This document shows positions 1-8,513 of a stretch of DNA of 61,258 nt, piece after piece. Below the pieces are notes generated by a model. That model made no database searches. It was given only the letters and a program-made list of their open reading frames with translations, and was not told where the DNA came from. The stretch's first letter is position 1, and each line of letters starts with the position of its first letter. Location: positions 1 to 61,258 of IMG/VR virus record IMGVR_UViG_3300035204_001041. One strand, written 5' to 3'. Made by a program: the position numbers and the translations under genes. The DNA is from a virus (taxonomy: Duplodnaviria > Caudoviricetes).

Positions 1-45
1 AATCTAACCCCCCCCTATTCAAAGGTCGGGGTCATGCCTCCCCCC

Positions 46-77
46 AAAAAATAACCCCCCCCAATGACGGGGAGGGT
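46..77 (-). terminator. Intrinsic terminator after ORF 87..479
   Basis: Minus strand reads ACCCTCCCC-loop-GGGGGGGGT followed by TATTTTTT. Confidence 0.65.
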
Positions 78-86
78 CTATGCGGC

Positions 87-479
87 CTACAAGACCCAGA
101 TTGTCTTGGTGCGCCAGGCGGCCACCGTGCGGGCCGTGTCTTCGTCCTGCTTCACAGTGTCACACTCCAGCCACATATGTTCCCATTCTGCATTCACTGG
201 GTCAAATATGTACTTGTGGCATGCAGTTGGGCGACACGCAAGAAGCTCTTGCTTATTCATTGTCTTTGCTGGGCTGCCACCAACCAACGGTAGCGTCGTG
301 CGGTCCATGTTGATAGCCTTGACATCACCACCGTCGATCAATGCCGTTACCTTGGTCAAAGTCGTAAAATACCATGTAAGCAACTTGCCCGTGTGAGACA
401 GGTAGCCGTCGTAGTGGCAGTAAATGACCCTGTATTCATCATCGCCTGTCTTTATTGCTATGTGTGCTGCGGTTCCCAT
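87..479 (-). CDS. Hypothetical phage protein (N-terminal MGT..IAI...IYCHYDGY type)
   Basis: 130-aa ORF with GGGAG RBS; the YCHxDGY N-terminus is a recurrent small phage protein pattern. Confidence 0.8.
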   Translation of the reverse strand: MGTAAHIAIKTGDDEYRVIYCHYDGYLSHTGKLLTWYFTTLTKVTALIDGGDVKAINMDRTTLPLVGGSPAKTMNKQELLACRPTACHKYIFDPVNAEWEHMWLECDTVKQDEDTARTVAAWRTKTIWVL

Positions 480-622
480 GTCATTCTCCCTTTTGTGGTT
501 TTGTGGTTACGGGCCTTGCGCCCACCAATATAATACCACCGCAGCGGCAATGACACTACAGTCGCCAGCATATAGTTTGAGGTCGCTGTCAGCGTGAAGT
601 CGCTGTCTTGCGGCCAAGGAAA

Positions 623-718
623 GGTCGCTTTCATTTAGATAAAGTTGGTCGCTTTCATTTAGATAAGAAAGGTCGCCCTCATTCAGATAAAGTTGGTCGC
701 TGTCTTTATCAGGCCGCA
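623..718 (+). repeat. 24-bp-period tandem repeat, 4 units starting GGTCGC
   Basis: GGTCGC at 623, 647, 671, 695; unit about GGTCGCTTTCATTTAGATAAAGTT; last unit starts GGTCGCTGTC. Confidence 0.9.
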
Positions 719-751
719 AAAGGTGACCCCCGCAGTGTCAGCCGGGGGGTC
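718..751 (-). terminator. Probable intrinsic terminator after ORF 769..1170
   Basis: GACCCCC...GGGGGTC stem (725-751) with a short T run on the minus strand. Confidence 0.5.
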
Positions 752-768
752 TTGAATCCTTTTCTTTT

Positions 769-1170
769 TTAGACCTCCGGCCATCCAGGCAGATCAAAGT
801 GACTACCAATGTTCATATCAAGAGCGTGCTCAATCAACACAGGCCAAGTGACCTCGGCACCCTCAATAAAGAAGGGGTCCATCATTGTTCTAAGCTCCGC
901 TTCGCTCAACTTCAGCAGGTGCTTCCTACGCGCATCGCGGATCTCCCAAGTCTGTACGCTCCAATCGCGACTGTGCCCTCGCTTTGTGAGCTTGGAAACC
1001 GCCTTCTTGTAGACAAGGTAGGTTCCAAATGGACCAGGCCGGACGATCTCCCTGATGTCATTGAACGACATCCCATGGTAGACATACAGGCAGACCACCT
1101 GGCGCTCCGTGTCACTTAGCAAGTGACCACGGCTCTTCATCGCTGTTTTCAGTTCTTGGGTATTCATCAC
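769..1170 (-). CDS. HTH protein with sigma-70 region 4-like N-terminus
   Basis: LSDTERQVVCLYVYHGMSFNDIREIV matches the region 4 HTH pattern; GGAGGTG RBS. Confidence 0.6.
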   Translation of the reverse strand: MMNTQELKTAMKSRGHLLSDTERQVVCLYVYHGMSFNDIREIVRPGPFGTYLVYKKAVSKLTKRGHSRDWSVQTWEIRDARRKHLLKLSEAELRTMMDPFFIEGAEVTWPVLIEHALDMNIGSHFDLPGWPEV

Positions 1171-1355
1171 TCACCTCCTTCGTTTATCTGTTGTTCAAGC
1201 CACTCGCCCTCGATCTCCTGCTTCAACGCCTCGTGCTCCTGCTTCTCGTACTCCTCGTATTCTTCAGGCGACATGGCCTCTCGGGGATCTTCAACCTCCT
1301 CTTCGATCGGTTCGGCTGCAAGGTATTCAATGTATTCGTATTCCCAGTTCATCAC
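1167..1355 (-). CDS. Small acidic hypothetical protein
   Basis: 62 aa, very Glu-rich; GGAGGTGAGTGATG coupling at both ends. Confidence 0.75.
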   Translation of the reverse strand: MMNWEYEYIEYLAAEPIEEEVEDPREAMSPEEYEEYEKQEHEALKQEIEGEWLEQQINEGGE

Positions 1356-1426
1356 TCACCTCCTTTGTAGTAGAGAACCTCGACTCCAGCGTAGAATAAA
1401 ATAAGAACAATGATGATGGGAATCAT
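1352..1426 (-). CDS. 24-aa hydrophobic micropeptide MIPIIIVLILFYAGVEVLYYKGGE
   Basis: Translated by hand; ATGA overlap with the upstream stop and TGATG overlap with the downstream gene; fills the gap exactly. Confidence 0.65.
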   Translation of the reverse strand: MIPIIIVLILFYAGVEVLYYKGGE

Positions 1427-1710
1427 GCTGCCCTCCCCGTCTCGGCCTGACTCAACCAATCTTGCAAAATGCGAATCTGCTGCAGACTATCCTCAGTCAC
1501 CAAGCTCACATTCGCAAGCAAGTCATAAAGCTCAATGCTTCCAGCAGGCTTCCGCTTCGTTGCGGTGGCCGTTTTAATTACGCGATCAAGCTGCACAAAG
1601 ACAGTGCTACCGTCCTTGACGGTACCGCGAACACTGTAGATACCCACAAGAGGCTCACCGATGTGAAACTCGGCTGGCAAGTCTTGGAGGTTTTGGAATC
1701 GGCGTTTCAT
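1423..1710 (-). CDS. Hypothetical protein
   Basis: 95-aa ORF directly downstream of the promoter at 1759-1812. Confidence 0.7.
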   Translation of the reverse strand: MKRRFQNLQDLPAEFHIGEPLVGIYSVRGTVKDGSTVFVQLDRVIKTATATKRKPAGSIELYDLLANVSLVTEDSLQQIRILQDWLSQAETGRAA

Positions 1711-1758
1711 TTCTATTTCCCTTTCGTTTTGTGGTTGTTTTGCCCCATTGGCTTAATT

Positions 1759-1812
1759 ATAATACGGCGGCGGTAACAAGATTGATACCCGTCGCGGCCA
1801 TAAAGTGTGAAC
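1759..1812 (-). promoter_or_regulatory. Phage promoter, family member 1
   Basis: Minus strand: TATCAA-tcttgttaccgccgccg(17)-TATTAT; spacer related to the copies at 3667, 4197 and 6580. Confidence 0.7.
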
Positions 1813-1939
1813 ACGACCATCAGTGGTCAAAAAGGAAAACCGATAGACTGCGAGCAGGGAAGTGACACCGACCCCCAAAGGGTAGACCCAAGACAGCGAC
1901 TACCCCTCGCGTAGTACCTATAGGGGGTCGTTATCGCCG

Positions 1940-2030
1940 GGTCGCCCTCTAAGGTCGCCCTCACGGGTCGCTTTCTATGGTCGCGCTCATAGGTCGCCTT
2001 CTATGGTCGCTTTCGGCGGTCGCTGTCCTT
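1940..2030 (+). repeat. 13-bp-period degenerate array, 7 units starting GGTCGC
   Basis: GGTCGC at 1940, 1953, 1966, 1979, 1992, 2005, 2018. Confidence 0.9.
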
Positions 2031-2101
2031 ATTCCTCAGTCTTTTTCTGGGGTCTTATTCCTTAGTCTTTTTCTGCGGGTCGCGGTCCTTATTCCTTAGT
2101 C
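2028..2101 (+). repeat. Three iteron-like copies of CTTATTCCTYAGTC
   Basis: Copies at 2028-2041, 2054-2067 and 2088-2101. Confidence 0.85.
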
Positions 2102-2982
2102 CTCATTTTTTGGACATTCTGCAGTCTTTGTAGTGAACAGCATTTGCGGTCGCGTTCTGCTACGCAGTCCTTGCTTTTCCACAGTCGGTGTCCACTACTA
2201 AAGACCACTATGAACGCGACCCCCGGTACCTACTACACCAAGCGGTCGCCGTCTTGTTGACTTCCTTTTCCACAGCGGTCGGCTTCTGCTTAGTGCTTTT
2301 TTGCGTACTGGGTCGGCCTCGTTCCCTCACTGCCTACAACCCAGACCCCTATTGAAAGTCGTTATCATTTGGGACGGTCTTTATCTAAGCTTTCGTTATT
2401 AGGTCTATTTTCGCTATTTTCATTATTTCTATTATTCCTTTCTAATCGTTGCGCATGCGAAGCGCAGTGTCCTTCTGTTGCGCATTGATAGTGTGGGTTC
2501 GTTTTCGGTATTTGCATTATTTGGATTATCCGTTCGTTTTGTGAGGTAAACCTGTCGTAGTGATCGCAAGCTATCGACTCCTTTGTGTTGCTCCCTACCT
2601 GCATGCATAAGGGCTACCCCTACCTATGTGTGACCCCTATGTCAGAAGGCGTTGTGTGCTTATCGATGTATGTCTATGAGTAGCGACACTACTAAGCGCA
2701 TGTGCATGTGTCTTTGGTGGTCTTTGTCTACTACTGTGTGTTTAGACCTATGTATGTCTTTATCTGCGTATGCATGAGCATTGTTGTCGTTGGTTGCTTG
2801 ATCAGTTCCATGCGGTCGCTTTCCCATAGGTGCGCTGGCCGGTGACCAATGGTGAACCCCTACCTACAGCGGGTCGTGCTCATGCTTACGGGGATATGAC
2901 CCCCCCTATTCCAAATCCAAGGCCCCCCTGACCTAAGAAATCTATGCCCCCCTATGTCGTGTAAGGTCGATCCCCCCCACTC

Positions 2983-3017
2983 AAAAGAAAGCCCCCAGTC
3001 ATTGCTGACCAGGGGCG
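2983..3017 (-). terminator. Intrinsic terminator after ORF 3037..3600
   Basis: Minus strand: GCCCCTGGTCA-GCAA-TGACTGGGGGC-TTTCTTTT. Confidence 0.8.
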
Positions 3018-3036
3018 TTCTGTTGTTTAGTATGCT

Positions 3037-3600
3037 CTATGCATCGTTGGGGATCTCTACGCCTTCCGGTGCAAGAAGCACACGACGCTTGGAGGGATCC
3101 TTGTTCGTTTGCAAGCGATAGTTAGGATAACCGTTCGCAATCGCCGCACGGCCACAGGTCATGTTGTCCTTCCAACCGTGCTGGGTCTTCAACCACGTTT
3201 CACCCAACGTCGCGTTGAGGATGTCATCGTGGGTAACTGCAACGATACCCTGCTTGCTCTTGCGCCCTGCTGCGATGGCAGCTTCAATGGCAGAACCAAA
3301 CTTGGTGATCGTCTTGCTGCGAGCCATGCGTCCATCCCGACGTTTGATCTCACGCACAAAGCGCGTTGTGTCTTCGCCATCTACACGGTTCAGGTTTTCA
3401 ACCTTCGCCGCCTCAGCAAGTTCGGCAACACGGTCCGCCAACTTGTTAGGCACAGTCACGCTTTGCGACTGCTGAAGCATCTTGACGAATACGTCTGCTG
3501 CCTGGTTGTCGGCTTTCGTTAGCCGGGGTGCTTTCACAGCCTTCGTTGCTTTCGCTTTGGGGGCTGCTGTCTTCTTTGCTTGTGCTTGTGCTCTTGCCAT
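3037..3600 (-). CDS. Basic hypothetical protein with Lys/Ala-rich N-terminus
   Basis: 187 aa, GTAGGAGG RBS, with its own promoter and terminator. Confidence 0.85.
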   Translation of the reverse strand: MARAQAQAKKTAAPKAKATKAVKAPRLTKADNQAADVFVKMLQQSQSVTVPNKLADRVAELAEAAKVENLNRVDGEDTTRFVREIKRRDGRMARSKTITKFGSAIEAAIAAGRKSKQGIVAVTHDDILNATLGETWLKTQHGWKDNMTCGRAAIANGYPNYRLQTNKDPSKRRVLLAPEGVEIPNDA

Positions 3601-3666
3601 TGTGTCCTCCTACAGACTTTAGGTTGGCTTGGTTGATTGAATGCCCACTGCATCCTATCTATGATC

Positions 3667-3720
3667 ATTATACGCCAGCGATTACGGGATTGCAACCTGT
3701 CCAGCGTTTTTAGTGCGACA
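3667..3720 (-). promoter_or_regulatory. Phage promoter, family member 2
   Basis: TTGCAA-17-TATAAT; upstream TGTC-N15-GACA inverted element. Confidence 0.8.
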
Positions 3721-3740
3721 TGCGTATGTCGCTGTTTGAT

Positions 3741-4148
3741 TCATTCGTCACCTCCAAAGGAATCTGCCCACTCTTGGAGTTCTTCCGTTGTCATACTCTT
3801 CCAGTCCGGGCGGGGTCTAAATCCATTCCTGTCCTTGTAGAGATCCGAAATCAGGCTGATCAGATCTTCGCGTTCTGCCCGCATAAGTTCCAACAGGAAA
3901 AACGGGTCGTACTCCATGCATGCTTCCTGCTGTGCCTTTTCTTCCACGATTCCAAACTTCTTGTCGCCTGGTAGCGTGCATCTTGTGCAGACCCACATGA
4001 ACTTCTTTTTTCGGTAAATCTGTACTCCTGCCGGTCCAGGCGATTGTTCGCATGGGCAACCTCCACGGCATTCGCAGCGCTTCAAGTAAGCCTCTGGAAA
4101 GATGGCTCGCATCTCTTCTTCTTCTGTGGTTGGTGTAATCGTTGACAT
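3741..4148 (-). CDS. Cys-rich hypothetical protein (possible Zn binder)
   Basis: CECRGGCPC and CTRC; start placed at ATG 4148 behind an AGGAG RBS (ORF track starts at 4190). Confidence 0.75.
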   Translation of the reverse strand: MSTITPTTEEEEMRAIFPEAYLKRCECRGGCPCEQSPGPAGVQIYRKKKFMWVCTRCTLPGDKKFGIVEEKAQQEACMEYDPFFLLELMRAEREDLISLISDLYKDRNGFRPRPDWKSMTTEELQEWADSFGGDE

Positions 4149-4196
4149 TTTGAACTCCTGTTGCTGGGTTGATGTTGTTACCGTTTTCATGTTTAT

Positions 4197-4250
4197 ATTA
4201 TACGCCAGCGGTAACAGGATTGAAATATGTCGTGCGCTTTTAGTAGGACC
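4197..4250 (-). promoter_or_regulatory. Phage promoter, family member 3
   Basis: TTTCAA-tcctgttaccgctggcg-TATAAT; upstream TGTC-N15-GACC. Confidence 0.8.
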
Positions 4251-4576
4251 TATGGCGAATCCTTTGTGACCGTGTAGGTTCCTATCTGGTAGCGCTCATC
4301 GCTCAGATCGCTCTGGTCAAACCGAACAAGTAAGCCTGACCAAGCATCGTTCCCCATGACACCTGCCCATCCACCCATAGGTCCGGCATAGTCAATGATG
4401 CGCCGGTCAAACTCCCTCAAGTGGATCCATATGCCCTTGTAGTGAATGTAAGAGAAGTCACACTGCGCTTCCTCTTCACCAAAGTCATCTACTGCTTTGT
4501 CGTAGACTTCTTTAGGCACGTCCTGCCATGGAATGAATGCTCGGCTTTTGTTGTCGGTCGTAATCGTGATCGTCAT
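4250..4576 (-). CDS. Hypothetical phage protein
   Basis: 108-aa ORF, ATGA-coupled to the upstream gene. Confidence 0.8.
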   Translation of the reverse strand: MTITITTDNKSRAFIPWQDVPKEVYDKAVDDFGEEEAQCDFSYIHYKGIWIHLREFDRRIIDYAGPMGGWAGVMGNDAWSGLLVRFDQSDLSDERYQIGTYTVTKDSP

Positions 4577-5061
4577 TGCCTTGTCTCCCTAGAAGCATCA
4601 ACACCCTCTCGCCAATCAATGCGGTTGCCTTCTACCGGGGCAAGCTTCGTGCCGTTGAAAACCCACAAGTCCCCATTCGTATCGTCTGCGTAGACAACCT
4701 CACTGTCTATGTTGATGTGGGTTGGCGTAAGACCAAACTCTTCTCCGGTGCCCGTCACTCTTACCGTGATGGATAGGCTCTCCGTTGTCTCCTCAATGTA
4801 CCATCGCCAACCAGGCATCTCGTTCACCAAGAACGCAACTTGGTTGTCTTTCGTTTCCGGCACACCGATATGGATCTCGCCGTTCTTCAACTTCTCATCA
4901 ACGTAGACCCTAAGCTGGTACTTCACTTCATCGCGTACGCATTTCGCGCTCGTCCCTGGAAGACCACTCAAGTCTGGGTGGAAGTAAGGTGAATAGTATT
5001 CCATCGCATCTTCACGGTGGCGGAAGTGCGAAGTTCCAATGATTATTTTTTTGGTGCTCAT
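4573..5061 (-). CDS. Hypothetical protein
   Basis: 162-aa ORF, overlap-coupled at both ends. Confidence 0.8.
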   Translation of the reverse strand: MSTKKIIIGTSHFRHREDAMEYYSPYFHPDLSGLPGTSAKCVRDEVKYQLRVYVDEKLKNGEIHIGVPETKDNQVAFLVNEMPGWRWYIEETTESLSITVRVTGTGEEFGLTPTHINIDSEVVYADDTNGDLWVFNGTKLAPVEGNRIDWREGVDASRETRQ

Positions 5062-5441
5062 TTTTTCCCTCTCAGTTCTAAGCCATACTGTTTCGCTCTC
5101 TCTTCTTGTTGCTTTTGGAAGATCCCCTTCCTTTTCATGTAAGCTTCCTCACCTGCTTTGTAGAACAACTCTTCCGCATCATCAAAGACTTCTTGGTGAA
5201 CCTCTAAGTTGTCTTCAAGCTTTTCTGCGGCCTTTCGGATGACACCAACGCAGTCCTCACATACGGCCTCAATGTCTTCTAAAAAGCCTTCTGGCAGTTC
5301 TAAGGTCTCCAACTGTACCAACTCATCAGTCCAGTATTCCTTACCGCAGTAAGGACACTCACAGTCACAGTTAGGGTCTGGTGGCCCCATGTCTAACCAG
5401 TAGTCGTTCGATCCATTGTAGGGCAGTTCATCACTCATCAC
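5058..5441 (-). CDS. Zn-finger hypothetical protein
   Basis: CPYC...CEDC; GGAGGTG RBS. Confidence 0.75.
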   Translation of the reverse strand: MMSDELPYNGSNDYWLDMGPPDPNCDCECPYCGKEYWTDELVQLETLELPEGFLEDIEAVCEDCVGVIRKAAEKLEDNLEVHQEVFDDAEELFYKAGEEAYMKRKGIFQKQQEERAKQYGLELRGKK

Positions 5442-5697
5442 CCACCTCCATAGGTCCTAACAGGCCCGTTGTTCCTTCTTCTTTCAGTCCTGTATTGATC
5501 ACGATCTGACCATCCACATCTTCACTGATGAGTGCATCAGGTAGCAGCGGAAGGAGCGCCATCATTAGTTCGTCTACTGACCGCCACTGCCTCCCATCAA
5601 TGATGTGGAAACTCAGCAAGACCGCACAGGCTGTCTTCTGTGTGAGAACACCGTTGTCTACATACGCACGCAGCGTGTCTACCATCTCTGCCATCAC
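5431..5697 (-). CDS. Hypothetical protein
   Basis: 88-aa ORF with GGAGGTGAGTGATG start context. Confidence 0.7.
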   Translation of the reverse strand: MMAEMVDTLRAYVDNGVLTQKTACAVLLSFHIIDGRQWRSVDELMMALLPLLPDALISEDVDGQIVINTGLKEEGTTGLLGPMEVGDE

Positions 5698-5864
5698 TCA
5701 CCTCCTTCGGCTTGACTGTTGCAGTAGACACAGATGAAGTACTCGTATGGAATCTTGCGGATTGGCTCTGCAACCTCATACTCATCACCTACTGTGACGT
5801 TGACGGTAAACATAGGCGTTTCACCCGCGTGTGACTCGCACTCAGGATTGCTACATTTCAGCAT
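5694..5864 (-). CDS. 56-aa Zn-ribbon-like protein (MLKCSNPEC...CVYC...EGGE), absent from ORF track
   Basis: Translated by hand; fills the gap exactly, with TGATG coupling at both ends. Confidence 0.75.
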   Translation of the reverse strand: MLKCSNPECESHAGETPMFTVNVTVGDEYEVAEPIRKIPYEYFICVYCNSQAEGGE

Positions 5865-6316
5865 CACTCACCTCCTTGCGAGAACACTGTGTATTCGCCA
5901 AACTTAGGTGAGGACGTAGTCCCGTCTGCCCACCTTACAGTAGTGACACCCATGGAACCGTCTTCGGCCATCTCATAGTTGTCGTGCTCAACCCAATCAA
6001 TCACCGTGCCTTCCATTTCGTCTTCATTACGGCACACCTGATCACCGACTGCCGGGTCATCACCCGAACCATACACAACAAGAGCAAAGTTCTGTCTCTT
6101 GCTGGGGTGGATCTTCTCTATGATTTCCAGTGCTTGTTCAGCGCTTTCAAGTTGATAGTGGACCTTTGTCCTTCCATTTGGCCCGCGTGGGATGTCGGTT
6201 TCAGGGCTAAGCTTCGCAGTCCTAAACATCACCCAAGATTTAGAGCAGTATGGGCAGACATTATGAATGCTGAAGTGTTTATTGCTGTCGTATCTGCAAT
6301 CCTCGTCTTTCATCAC
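5864..6316 (-). CDS. Hypothetical protein
   Basis: 150-aa ORF with CPYC; coupled start. Confidence 0.75.
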   Translation of the reverse strand: MMKDEDCRYDSNKHFSIHNVCPYCSKSWVMFRTAKLSPETDIPRGPNGRTKVHYQLESAEQALEIIEKIHPSKRQNFALVVYGSGDDPAVGDQVCRNEDEMEGTVIDWVEHDNYEMAEDGSMGVTTVRWADGTTSSPKFGEYTVFSQGGE

Positions 6317-6534
6317 GCACCTCCTTGTGCTGCACTTTCAACATTTAGAAACTGCGGTGGCTCATGGGCAGTGTCCGCGTGATCCTGAAGCAGCTTTCGC
6401 AACAGGTTTGCGTCCCCTTCCTTGAAGCACTGCGCGACTAAAATATCGCCAGGCGTGCTTACACGAACGCTTGTCCGCAACCAGACATAGCTGATGCCAT
6501 CATGTGAATGAGTGACGTAATAATGGAGTCCCAT
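6313..6534 (-). CDS. Hypothetical protein
   Basis: 73-aa ORF, first gene after the promoter at 6580. Confidence 0.7.
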   Translation of the reverse strand: MGLHYYVTHSHDGISYVWLRTSVRVSTPGDILVAQCFKEGDANLLRKLLQDHADTAHEPPQFLNVESAAQGGA

Positions 6535-6579
6535 TTGATTTCCCTTGCTGTGATTAGTTGGGGCATTCCAACTGTTTAT

Positions 6580-6633
6580 ATTATACGCCAGCAGTTACTA
6601 TGAGGTAAGTGTCGCCCGCAATATAGTGGGACC
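6580..6633 (-). promoter_or_regulatory. Phage promoter, family member 4
   Basis: TTACCT-catagtaactgctggcg-TATAAT; upstream TGTC-N16-GACC. Confidence 0.75.
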
Positions 6634-6699
6634 ACTGGTGTCGCATGCTGCGGCCGGAAGACACTGATGGTCGCCATCACTTATGGTCTTGCTCGGCCT

Positions 6700-6790
6700 G
6701 GTCGCTATCCAAGGTCGCTATCCAAGGTCGCTATCCAAGGTCGCTATCCAAGGTCGCTATCCAAGGTCGCTATCCAAGGTCGCTGTCTGT
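6700..6790 (+). repeat. 13-bp tandem repeat (GGTCGCTATCCAA)x6 plus one GGTCGCTGTC unit
   Basis: Perfect units at 6700, 6713, 6726, 6739, 6752, 6765; variant unit at 6778. Confidence 0.95.
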
Positions 6791-6847
6791 TGGTCCGTTT
6801 TCTATGGTCGCGTTGCTTTGTTCTATGAGGATATTTTTTGCATTCCC

Positions 6848-7414
6848 TCATTTTTTGGATCTCTTTTTTTCCTGGCGCTGATCTTCTTCCCAAACCTCAG
6901 CAACAATCTCTTCAATCCACTTCAACCCACCATGACATGAGCCACCTACAACACGAGCATAAGTTTTTGGTGGAATACCAGACCTCAAAGCCTCGGCAAT
7001 AACTTTCTTTGCCATGTCCACATGATGCTGAGCTTCCAGCATTATAGTGCGCCGGTTGTCGTAATACAGTTGGTGTTCTCTAGCTCTTAGCACCTGCACA
7101 CCAAGACCTTCCCTTAGTGCTTTTGTAGAGTACTCATATAGAATGCCCAAGCATGAGTACATGCCTTCACCAAAGTAGTCATCTGCCTTAATCCAGTCAT
7201 CATGTTGATCGACTAACTCAGGCGGCATTTCGCCAATGAACCCAGTGTGATCAACGAACACACACTTTTCCGGTAGCCGCTCATCCTCTACCAACACTGC
7301 AAAGTCTAAGTCGCCATACCCTTGTGGGTCTTCACACGATGGCCTCACATAAAGAGTCAGCTTCTCTAATCTTCCAGAAGTTCCGTACCCAAAATCATAT
7401 TCGTTCCATTCCAT
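6848..7414 (-). CDS. Hypothetical protein
   Basis: Start placed at ATG 7414 behind a GTAGGAGGG RBS (ORF track starts at 7579). Confidence 0.75.
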   Translation of the reverse strand: MEWNEYDFGYGTSGRLEKLTLYVRPSCEDPQGYGDLDFAVLVEDERLPEKCVFVDHTGFIGEMPPELVDQHDDWIKADDYFGEGMYSCLGILYEYSTKALREGLGVQVLRAREHQLYYDNRRTIMLEAQHHVDMAKKVIAEALRSGIPPKTYARVVGGSCHGGLKWIEEIVAEVWEEDQRQEKKRSKK

Positions 7415-7460
7415 ACGCCCTCCTACATGCGCTTGTTCATGGTTGCTTGTCGTGCCCCCG

Positions 7461-7841
7461 CTATGCGGAAGGCAATGTTTCCGCCTTCTCGTGGTATTGC
7501 TTCGCTGTACTTGAAAACACAGGAAGCGATAACCCTCTTGTAGAAACATAAGTAGCCACAACAGAAGCAAGGGCATCAACCACTTGCCTTTCTGTCATTC
7601 CACCATTCTCTGCTGATTCGGCCAGTACGAGTACTGTGCCTTCAAATATCGGTCTATCCATTTGTAAAACCCCTTCGGTTTCTGTTTTAGTAATCGTAAC
7701 CCCCCCCGGTTCAGTACCCCCCCCACTGTTCACAGCCGCAACCTGAGCAGCAGCCTGGAGTAAACATTTGTGAACAACATCGGCTAACCATGAAGTGGCT
7801 TTAGCCTTCATGCGATCCACAATGGCACCCCTAATCTGCAT
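7461..7841 (-). CDS. Hypothetical protein
   Basis: 126-aa ORF in the operon. Confidence 0.65.
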   Translation of the reverse strand: MQIRGAIVDRMKAKATSWLADVVHKCLLQAAAQVAAVNSGGGTEPGGVTITKTETEGVLQMDRPIFEGTVLVLAESAENGGMTERQVVDALASVVATYVSTRGLSLPVFSSTAKQYHEKAETLPSA

Positions 7842-8205
7842 TTGTTCTATGCTCGTCTAAGACTGAAGTAAGCCATTCGGGGGTCTTGCAAACCTGCCAT
7901 TCCGAACAAGTAGTGCATTCGATCACTGTCACCCCCACAGAAGTCACATGCCAAACACAGTCGTGTTCTGCTTTAGCGCAATACCCCATACCCACAGACA
8001 GATAAACGCGGACCTCTTTGTTGGCGTTTTCACCCAACTCGGGGTTGTCTGGTAAACGAAGCCAGTTCGGGTGCGTGTTCCCCTTATACAAAACGGCTGG
8101 GCCACACTCACCTTGCCATTCGGCATCTGGCCCTGAGCCTCCTGTTTCCACCAATGCTTGTTGGCCAGGACGCGAAGCCCTCGCCCAGAATACATCTTGT
8201 CCCAT
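7831..8205 (-). CDS. Cys-containing hypothetical protein
   Basis: Start placed at ATG 8205 (TAATG overlap, GGAGG RBS). Confidence 0.7.
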   Translation of the reverse strand: MGQDVFWARASRPGQQALVETGGSGPDAEWQGECGPAVLYKGNTHPNWLRLPDNPELGENANKEVRVYLSVGMGYCAKAEHDCVWHVTSVGVTVIECTTCSEWQVCKTPEWLTSVLDEHRTNAD

Positions 8206-8513
8206 TACAAGGCCCTCCAGGTATCTTGACCTAATGCCATCACGTTCTTCCTGCGCGTGCCGTCCTCTTGCTTGTAGACCCATTCCACATCCTCGCCGGA
8301 ATACTGGGCGATACGGTTCGCGTCTAAGGTAGCCTCAGCTACCATCTCCTCAGTGCTTTCATATTCTCCACCACCACCGACACACGCACCGAACCAATCG
8401 TGAGCGATCACATCCCAGGTGATCTCCATTGCTTTCTTTAGTTGGCGAACTTGTGCTGGAGTGATTCCGTGCTTCGTAGCAACACTTTCTACATTCATTA
8501 CCTTATCCCTCAT
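8205..8513 (-). CDS. Hypothetical protein
   Basis: 102-aa ORF in the operon. Confidence 0.75.
   Translation of the reverse strand: MRDKVMNVESVATKHGITPAQVRQLKKAMEITWDVIAHDWFGACVGGGGEYESTEEMVAEATLDANRIAQYSGEDVEWVYKQEDGTRRKNVMALGQDTWRAL

Noticed and set aside
507-719. ORF with DQLYLNE repeats
   Set aside because: Translation of the 24-bp DNA repeat; no clear RBS or ATG start.
2365-2604. 79-aa Asn-rich ORF
   Set aside because: Low-complexity product of the T-rich tract with no RBS; cannot be fully excluded.
623-6790. Repeat arrays as CRISPR arrays
   Set aside because: Periods are 13 or 24 bp with no unique 25-45-bp spacers, and there is no cas operon.
6645-6940. Plus-strand ORFs with SLSKVAIQGRYPR repeats
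   Set aside because: Artefacts of the 13-bp tandem repeat, against genome polarity.
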